DNA of 61,445 nucleotides, filler included, from Circinaria calcarea (taxonomy: Eukaryota): NCBI GenBank assembly GCA_051942165.1. It is 22 parts of 22 records of this genome, joined end to end, with 100 filler letters (N's around TTAATTAATTAA, not from the genome) between each part and the next. Parts side by side here need not be neighbours in the genome. Positions count along the whole stretch, not along the records: positions 50,395 to 53,084 come from JAVECS010003329.1; positions 53,185 to 55,873 come from JAVECS010003330.1; positions 55,974 to 58,660 come from JAVECS010003331.1; positions 58,761 to 61,445 come from JAVECS010003332.1; 18 more parts are not named here. The stretch is one strand, 5' to 3'. The notes under the pieces were generated by a model. That model had not been told where the DNA came from and did not search any database. It saw only the letters and a program-made list of their open reading frames with translations. Both the position numbers and the translations under genes were made by a program. Of the stretch, positions 50,295 to 61,445 are shown piece by piece (the first letter of the stretch is position 1; every line of letters begins with the position of its first letter).

Positions 50295-53199
50295 NNNNNN
50301 NNNNNNNNNNNNNNNNNNNNNNNNNNNNNNNNNNNNNNTTAATTAATTAANNNNNNNNNNNNNNNNNNNNNNNNNNNNNNNNNNNNNNNNNNNNGAATAG
50401 GGGAAAGGGGGAATTTGACAGGGCTCTCTCAACCCTTTTGTTTTTTTTCTTTTTCGCTTTTTCGCTCTATTTTATCGCCCCAGGGGCATGTTTGTGGGGG
50501 AAGGCGGTCTTGGGGAGAGGAATGGTCCGAATAAAAAAAGAAGCGCACGTTTTTCGATGTCTTAACTCTCTTCACGAGCCTGTAAGGAAAAGAATCAAGA
50601 CCGGGAGGACTCGGTGAAGGAGATTTAAATGGGATGTTTTCTAGGGGCTAGTTCAAACTTAAAATCTATTCGGACGATGTGTAAGGAAAGTATGAAAGGG
50701 TAAAGAAAATGCTGAGGAAAATGAGAAAGGGGCACAGATCTGGGACTGGGACTGAGACTGAGCTCTGAGGAAACTAGCCGAGTTTAGGGTGGGGGGTTCA
50801 TCTTTTTGGGGAATTGGATTTGGATTGGGTTGGGATTTGAGATATATTCCGCTCAGGACAGGGATCCCCGGTCCCCCGTATTGAGGGATTTATTCGATTT
50901 GGATGGACTCTGACATCCTGTTTCTTTCGAACAGTTGCTGCAAAAAAAAAGGGGGGGGGGGTTTTCTTTGGTCTTCGATTTCAGTTTCGAAATTCGTGTA
51001 GGTGAATACTTTTGATTCATTTCTTGTTTATATCTTGGTCCATAAGGCTTCTTTTCTGTTGCAGGTGATAGTGTGTGGGAAATGGGCATTGGGTTTGGGG
51101 GATCATGGGATGGACGGAGGGCTAGTTTGCGGGTGGAATGAATTATCCTCGTATCGGCTACTAGCCTAAACCGGGCGAGGTTGGCTTTCGAGATGAGTGG
51201 TAGGGTAGGTAGGTACGTTAGGGTAAGGTAGGTGAGTGGGTATCGTGGCATGTTTAGGTACGCAAGCGTCTTTCCTAAGCTCGAATCGTGAGCGGAGAGG
51301 TTGCGTGTTCGCGGCTTTATCCGTATCAAATTTCAAGTCTAGGTACATGGTATTATCTCGCCTGCCCTGTGGTTGGGAAGATACAGGGAAGGACTCGTTC
51401 GAGTTACGTGCATGTAACAGGGCTTTCGATAAGTTTAGGGAATCCGTTTCCTTCATACCGCTGCGATCAATAGCAGGTGCTTGATAGCGACGGCTTGTCG
51501 GATACCTCAAGGGCCTGAAGCATGGAAACAAGATACGGGCTGTAAAAGGAGATGGGCATAGAGTCTTGGAGACGGAAAATGAAATTTCGGGACGTCGTTA
51601 TTATGAAGGCAGAAGATTGAAATAAAGCAATAACGTTTTTTGGAATTTTGAAAAGATGAAAAGTTATGAGGGAGGGAGGAGACAAGTTCGTCGATTGGGG
51701 GGGGGCTAAAAACACAGAGGTCTATTTGCAGCCCAAACAAAACTCGCAACGGAAAGACAAGGCAAGTTTGCTTCTGATTTCAGATAGCTAGTGGGATGAT
51801 CGGATAGGGTGGAGCACGCAGTGCTCGCTCATCTAAGGCTGCTAATGAAAAAAGGTTGTTGTTCTCCTAGTTCAAACAAGACTCCTCCTGTATTTGACTT
51901 ACGGTGAATCTGCAGTGTTGATGAACTCCGCAGGTTTTGCAGTCTGAACAGCAGAGCTATGATAGACTTCTATTCTAGACGATTCTCGAGTTCTAAACTC
52001 GTCTGATTCGTTAAGCGATAGGGCTGTAACAGTCATATGATTTACCCCTTTACTTGAGGCTCCAAGCACGTGACTCGAGGCTTGACCTAGTTACTGCCGC
52101 CTTTGCAGTTTAAGAGTCCAAAACTTACGGATTATTTGGTCAATTGGATTCCCTTGACAGTTCGGTTCAGTCTAATCTACAACCTAGACTGTCTGGTCCA
52201 GTCAGAGCTTTGAACACGGACTGCCAACTGCCCAAGCCATTGCCAACTTTGCTCTGAACTGTTGAACAGAGATGGACTGGCAGGTTTTAAGATATCCTTA
52301 GTAGATTGCACGTCCGTCGGTGAAGACGGTCTGGGCGGTTCGTACTGCAGTCCAAATTTGTGATACTTTGTAGTAAGTAGATTACTATGGGAAGAATGTT
52401 CGTTTATTTTCCCCCAGTAGCGTGGTTGATATGAGTTATATCAAGAAAGACCAATGGAGTCATATTGTCAGTCCGGTCCAATTTAGTCTAAGCTTCGTGG
52501 TCAAGACCTATTCAAGTGATACGGACCATGGACTGCTGTGATCCTTACAGATTGGCACAGAAATCCGGTCCACTCCGAGCCTGTGAACTGGACGGTCCGG
52601 AATGAATCAAATAATACCATTGCTGAGGTGAAAACTTTTAACCATGGGGTATTCAACCTGGAACCGTGGTAAACACCCTTTGAAAGGAAATTGCATGAGT
52701 ACTACAAATGAAATAGAGTGTCTGTGTACCGAAAAGGAAATGAAAATCAAAGATATGTGGCCGAGAGTAACGAGACGCCAACAAGGTCAAACAAGTTTAC
52801 ATACTATCCTACATTTCCCAATCATCGACAAGTATCCCCAACTGTCGACGACGAATCAATAAGACAGATGGCTGTGACAGCGAGTGCTGACTATTGCCAG
52901 ATCCTCTCTTGGGCAAGTACCGCGGTATCGAATAGGCTTTGGGTACTGACGACGTGCCTAGCGTAAGTTATCGGAAGTCGATAGATGGATGGTACTAGAT
53001 AGTTGTATAACCGACGATCATTAGAGGGCTTGTAAGGCGGAAGTAGGCTTGAATGTACCACAGCAGTGCTAGTGTCAGCAAGTGNNNNNNNNNNNNNNNN
53101 NNNNNNNNNNNNNNNNNNNNNNNNNNNNTTAATTAATTAANNNNNNNNNNNNNNNNNNNNNNNNNNNNNNNNNNNNNNNNNNNNAAATAATTCCCCTCC

Positions 53200-55873
<2,674 letters not shown>

Positions 55874-56663
55874 NNNNNNNNNNNNNNNNNNNNNNNNNNN
55901 NNNNNNNNNNNNNNNNNTTAATTAATTAANNNNNNNNNNNNNNNNNNNNNNNNNNNNNNNNNNNNNNNNNNNNGGGAAATAGGGGTTGATTAATAGGTCA
56001 GAAGGATGAGAAAGGGGGCATCTTTCCCACCCAAGCAGGGTGCAGATTTTCCCCGTATTTTAGAAAAGGGCCGGAATGCACACCATACTCAACTCGTGAA
56101 TTCTGGTGTTAGGCATCAGTTGACACGATTGAGGGACAATAACTCCCAAAGCGGGGGTTTTAAAGCCCATTTCCCTTACAATTCTCCCTTTTCAGTGAGG
56201 CAACTGGAGGGGGTGAGGGGTGAGGAAAATTGTGGGGTGGAAGGGTGTTTGTCTTTCTCATCAGTCAGCCGGGTTGCCAGAAATCCCTGCCTTTTTTTCT
56301 TCCCTTTCAACTTTCCCCCTTTTTTTTCCCTTCAATTTCATCGACACGATTGACTCCTCAACTTCCCCCCTCCCCTCCCCCCGCCATCATAACATCACAC
56401 AATTCAAAAACTCCAGCCAGCAGACATGAAACGTTCGCGCTAGGGATTTCCCACCACCTCGACCGTCGGAGGGAAGGGGAAAGAAAAAAAGTAGGAGCGG
56501 TGGGAGCGGTATTCACAAGGAAAAGATCGGAAAGCATCTATAAAGGAACAGGGACCCAGCTCCCCTGCCGCATTGTTAATTCAATTCCTAAAAAAAGTCC
56601 ACATTGCCAGGGTATTGCCAGAGTATCGACGAACCGCGCTTAACTGTTCTGTCCTTGTAACCG

Positions 56664-58641
56664 TCATGGCACGGAGCACTCCTTTTGCGTACACCCTTTC
56701 AGTTCCGTAGCCCTGTATCCTCCATCCAACTCCTGAACCTGATGTTCGTGTGTTGCTAGCTCATGGATGCCATGTCCATATGTTACTAGCTCCGGGATCC
56801 TAAAGGGTCCTGACCCGGGCATAGGGGGTAAACCCTTTCCAAACCCTCCCGATCCGGATACGACTGTGTTCTCCAATTCTGGCTTGCCCTGATACTCTTC
56901 ACGTTTTGGTTTCGCGGATTCCCTCGCCTTCCTTTCTTTCCGTCTCTTCCAGATCAGGAGAGCTCCAAGAGTAGCAAGGAGGAGTAGGCCGAGAGGTAGA
57001 CCAATAGCAAGGCCAAGTTTCCTTCTTCTGCCGCTAGTCCTCTGGTTCGAAGTGATTGAGGGTGCTGTCGAGCTCGAATTGAGTGGGCGGCCGGTATTGA
57101 GTGGCTTGCCAAGGCTGCTGGGAATTGGTGTTATGGCTAGACCTTGCATGGTGCTCCCGTCAACATCCTTGACGATGTGTGACACCGATGTCTGAATAAC
57201 ATCCACTGACTTCCCTGTCGACCCATTGTTACCGTTCAGAATTAGATTTGGCACCCCCGGCGGCACGGTCGGTAGTGTCCAGTTATTGACAAAATGGGAA
57301 TTGCCGGCTATGGCGATGTTCTCATCGATTAACGTCGCAGTGCAAGAGTCCGGAACTACGGTCTTCATGGCCGGCAAGCCTGCACCAAGCGCTGGCAGGT
57401 TAAACTGACCCAAGACATTCGAAAAAGTGTCAAAGTCTTGTTTAACTTGCAACATGCCCCCGGGGTCAATATTTACAAGCGGATAGTACCCTTGCAATGG
57501 TCTTACCATCTGAACGTTGGCCCACTGGTACAGAAAGCCTCCCGAGAACGTCATAGCCATGTATGAATCGTTATAAAGTGCGGCAGTATCATGGAAATCG
57601 CGGTTTTGCGGCTGGGCATAGTTGACACAGCCATATCCCCCAAGAAACAAAGGAATCGAAGTTGGTCTATAAGTTCGTTCCAGTGCTTGCCAGCCAGATG
57701 AGTTCCACTGCTGGTTGAAGGTGCCATTCGTTGCCCCAAGTGTGCCATTTCCGGGGCACCAATCAAAATTAGGGAAGCTTAGGAAGTCGGCGCGCGAGGA
57801 ATCGGACTCATTGGAATGTGGATTCGTAGTGCACTGGAGGTAATGCCAATAATTCTCTTTGATTGTATTATAGGTGATCGCAGCCTCTGGACCCGTTAGT
57901 CCAATACCAACATTCAAGGCTAAGCCAACCGGGATCGTCCTCGGAGAATTTTTCGAAATGTATTCCTTGGTATCTCGTAACAAGGCCTACGTGTTCACTG
58001 TACTAAGTGCGTGGCCAAGGTTGAAAGATAGGGCTACTTACACGCACGTACGCGGGTACGTTGTCTAAACCAGAGGAGAAAATGTAGTGGGTCACGTAGA
58101 AACCGAGGATATTGTCATAGTTCTTGAATGCATCAACCGCCGTGAACAGATCTTTCATGTGGTCAAAGGTATATGTACTAATGATATCATCGTTCGTTGA
58201 CTGGGCGCCGAGATTACGAATGTTGTTCCAATTCAGGTTGATGAGAATATAAATCCCCACCGCGTTAAAAATGGAGACACATTGATCGTGGATACACCGG
58301 GATCGATCTGGCTTACGAAGATGGTGTTGATTCCGACTCGTTGGAACAAAGCAGCATCCCGAAGACATGCGCCAGGGTCAGCCAGAGGGTCAGCAGCAGC
58401 GAAACTGTTCGTAGAGTTGGAGAGAACATATCTATTTGTAAGTTTAATTGAGTTAGCTTGTAGGAGACTGTTGGGCATCAGATGAATGGACGGTGGAGGA
58501 GTACGTCATGCCAATGATAGAGAATCGGCCATTGTTCAACGAATTGATAAAGTAAGGTCCATTCGTTGTAATTGGGGGTAAACCATTAGCGAGATTTAGC
58601 ACGATTGCGATTATCAGGAATAAACGTTCCGTCTTTACCAT
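56664..58641 (-). CDS. GH72 (Gas/Gel)-like protein lacking catalytic Glu residues, with TM helix and cytosolic tail; apparent 1-nt frameshift near 58290
   Basis: Signal peptide; DPLADPGACLRDAALFQRVGINTI, HDQCVSIFNAVGIY, AVDAFKNYDNILGF, RDTKEYISKNSPRTIPVG, FSGGFLYQW; TM LGLAIGLPLGLLLLATLGALLIW followed by KRRK; last exon 57986-56664. Confidence 0.8.
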
Positions 58642-59426
58642 TGTAACTTAGCATAGTCACNNNNNNNNNNNNNNNNNNNNNNNNNNNNNNNNNNNNNNNN
58701 NNNNTTAATTAATTAANNNNNNNNNNNNNNNNNNNNNNNNNNNNNNNNNNNNNNNNNNNNGGGCTTTCGGACGATCCCCGAAGAAGCCCCACTGAGGATA
58801 TGGTAGTATGGTAGGGGAAACTTACACGTGATATTTTTATCTCTATATATCTACACCAACCAATAAGAACTGAACCTCTTGGTTTCGTAACCCTATACCC
58901 AGCATATTAAAACGTGATAACCCTCCTTTACCATTGCCATTATAAAGAAGCCCTCTATACCATAGCCTTTTCGAAAGGGGGCTATACGATAGATTTTATT
59001 TATGCTCGAGAAGAAGCAGTAACGGATATAAACGGGTGGTACCATATGGTAGGTATCCCCCGATGAGGTCACCTGATGTCCCCTCCCCGGGGGGATACAT
59101 AAGTTCACCGGAGAGTTGGGTGCTGCTAGCTACCCGGGGTTAATAAGATGAAAGGAACGAAGAAACTTGATTTTTTTTGGATTATGAATCAAGTCCGTAG
59201 ATCGAGTGTAGGGTTCGTCGATTCGCACGCACGATCCTGACGTAGAAATATTGGCTATTGGCTGGCGGCTTGCCGCGGAGATAAATGTCTAAAGTCCGCA
59301 ATCACCATATCACCGGACGGCAAGATGAGATATGGAGCTACTGGCCATGGGTATACTACCATCTGTCGGAAAGCGTTTGAGCCCTTTTACGTTACTACTA
59401 AATTTGCATATCAAAAGTATTCCATT

Positions 59427-60276
59427 ATGGCCGACTCAAAGACCTCCCCATCCAAGAGAACCGTTCTCATCACTGGTAAGACATTGGTACTCTTCAGACG
59501 CTGGCATGATGCAACTTTCCTGAGCTCATACAACGTCAATCATAGGCGCGAACCAAGGCATCGGCTATTACACCGCTCTCTTGCTTGCCCAGTCTTCTTC
59601 AGGGTACCATATCCTCGTTGGCAGCCGCTCCCTCTCCCGTGGAGAAGCAGCTGTCGAATCCCTCTCTGGGGCCTGTTCGAAAGTGGAATTCACACCAGTG
59701 CAACTAGATGTTACTGATGATTCCTCCATACGGAGCGCCTTCAATCTCATCAAGGAGAAGTACGGTCGCCTCGATATCCTCATCAACAATGCTGGTATTT
59801 CTATTGAGCAGAGAGCCGATATTAAAGATAAGAGCATCCGCCAAGTCCTTCAGGAGATTTATTCAACCAATGTCTTTGGTGCAGCAGCCGTCACAGAAAC
59901 ATTCCTACCCCTCCTCCGCCAGTCTCAGGATGCTCGTCTGATCTTCATTAGCAGCGGACTAGGATCTCTTGGCATGGCGTCTGATCCCAAAGGCCCATAT
60001 TTCCAAATTGGTGTTCCCGGATATCGAAGTAGCAAGGCAGCGCTAAATATGTTGATGGTGCAGTATTCGAAGACTTTGGGAAAGGAGGGAATGAAGGTCT
60101 GGGGCCTTTGTCCTGGATGGCTAGCAACCAATCTGAGTGGGGACGCGGAGAAAGCAAAGGAGATGGGCGCTGGGAAGCCGGAAGATGGTGCAAAGGTGAT
60201 AGTAGGTGTTGTTGAAGGCAAAAGAGATGGCGAAGTTGGAAAGGTCGTTTGTGATGGCGGCGTAAGGGATTGGTAG
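59427..60276 (+). CDS. Short-chain dehydrogenase/reductase; intron 59476-59545
   Basis: VLIT|GANQGIG (TGxxxGIG), LDVTD, LINNAG, catalytic YRSSK, CPGWLATNL. Confidence 0.93.
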
Positions 60277-61368
60277 GCTGAAGGACTGTGAAAGAGACAC
60301 CTGAATGGTGTATAGTGATTGAGTTGGGTACTGAGTGATCCCCTGGATATAAATCTTTTCAAGAAACTTATCGCCAGTCCCTGGACTTCTCCTGTAAGTA
60401 CTCAATATAGGTAGATTTTGCTCAATAGGATTCTGCGCTATGTATGACTGCAATGAAACGTAATGTCAGAATAGTAGTTATGTAGCTACACGGGACATCC
60501 AGCTGAACAGCTCAGACAGAACCGGACCGCCGTAGAAATGCCTGGAATACAGAACTTGTATTGTGCGGATGGCGGTCTATGGGGTATTAGATGATCAAAG
60601 GAGCTGCTTATTTTGGAGAAGTTTCGTCGAGCTTCGTTCTAGGCAGACGAGAAATCCACAGTAAGTAGAAAGTGACTGCTGATGATTCTGCTCGACCGTT
60701 CATGCTCATTCGACCCAAAAGCTATTATGAATAAGCTATACCCCGATCTGAGATGTGCGTGAGATTAGGCGACGAGCAAGAATCGTCCCTTGGTTACATT
60801 CAACAAAGCTATCAAGTATACTGATCTCTGGTTTTGAAGACCTAGCCTACGCGCAAATGAGCACAGGCTATTCCCTAGTCTTTTGCCTCTTATCGACGAC
60901 GAGTTTCGCCTTCTAGGATCGATTTGAAACCAAAGATGGTGAGCAGATTAGCCATGGGATTGGTCTCTTGAGCTTTCCCACTTCAAAGACCCGATTCTTT
61001 TGGTATGTGTAGAGTACTCATCAAAGGACCTCCGCATGTATTTTGAAAACCTTGGTTCCGGTAGAAGATAATCGGGATGCGTGGTAAAGAGGCAAGTTTT
61101 TAATTCTTTTTGCTTTTTGGATTTGGATTTGGTTTGGCAGAAAGGAGCCCATAATTACTCCGTTGATCACGTGTCTACGGATCGGCATCCTCGATGCTCC
61201 GACTCTAGAACTACTGCGGTACTCTCTCAAATCCCAATCTCAACTTTCATCCAACATACGCCTATCTTCCTATACTACTTCTCAACGGTAAACCTCACTT
61301 ACCGCTCGCCCCTCTAACCCTCCAAACCCCTAAACCAAATCCTCTACCCCCCAAAAATCCCAACAACC

Positions 61369-61381
61369 ATGTTCGGCGGCC
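61369..61381 (+). CDS. Probable first micro-exon (MFGG..) of an unidentified gene cut off at the window end
   Basis: CAACC-ATG context, GTAAGT donor at 61382 and a GCTAAC branch point at ~61435. Confidence 0.4.
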
Positions 61382-61445
61382 GTAAGTCCCTTCCTCCCCC
61401 TTCCTACCCTCCTCGTCCCCCTATACCCTCCTCAGCTAACAATCC

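Overview
This is not one locus. It is 22 unrelated ~2.7-kb contigs in decreasing size order, joined by artificial 100-nt linkers (44 N + TTAATTAATTAA + 44 N), so no linkage can be inferred across a linker. The DNA is from a filamentous ascomycete: it has short GT..AG introns with CTAAC/CTGAC branch points and RIP-type CpA->TpA mutation. Housekeeping genes, often truncated by contig ends, are UV-damage endonuclease, V-ATPase subunit H, an aspartic protease, GPN2, an ABCC transporter, a CAP-Gly protein, a sulfotransferase-like P-loop protein, ELMO, calnexin, an intron-containing tRNA-Gln(TTG), a PTH11-like protein, a GMC oxidoreductase, an FLC/TRP-like channel, MCM3 and an SDR. The most notable items are: (1) a tandem array of a ~1.97-kb non-autonomous LTR element (~164-bp LTRs, PBS, PPT) whose only cargo is a RIP-inactivated BIR (IAP/survivin) + C2H2 zinc-finger gene; (2) a secreted protein with a deaminase-toxin-like CxE..C..C motif; (3) a spliced DUF3435-type tyrosine recombinase (Starship captain-like) with all catalytic motifs; (4) a GH72 protein lacking both catalytic glutamates and carrying a TM helix plus cytosolic tail; (5) a Tup1-like WD40-PHD fusion; (6) a Kex2/Ste13-type peptide precursor; and (7) a diverged inverted duplication. 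All family calls come from reading motifs by eye; no database search was run.
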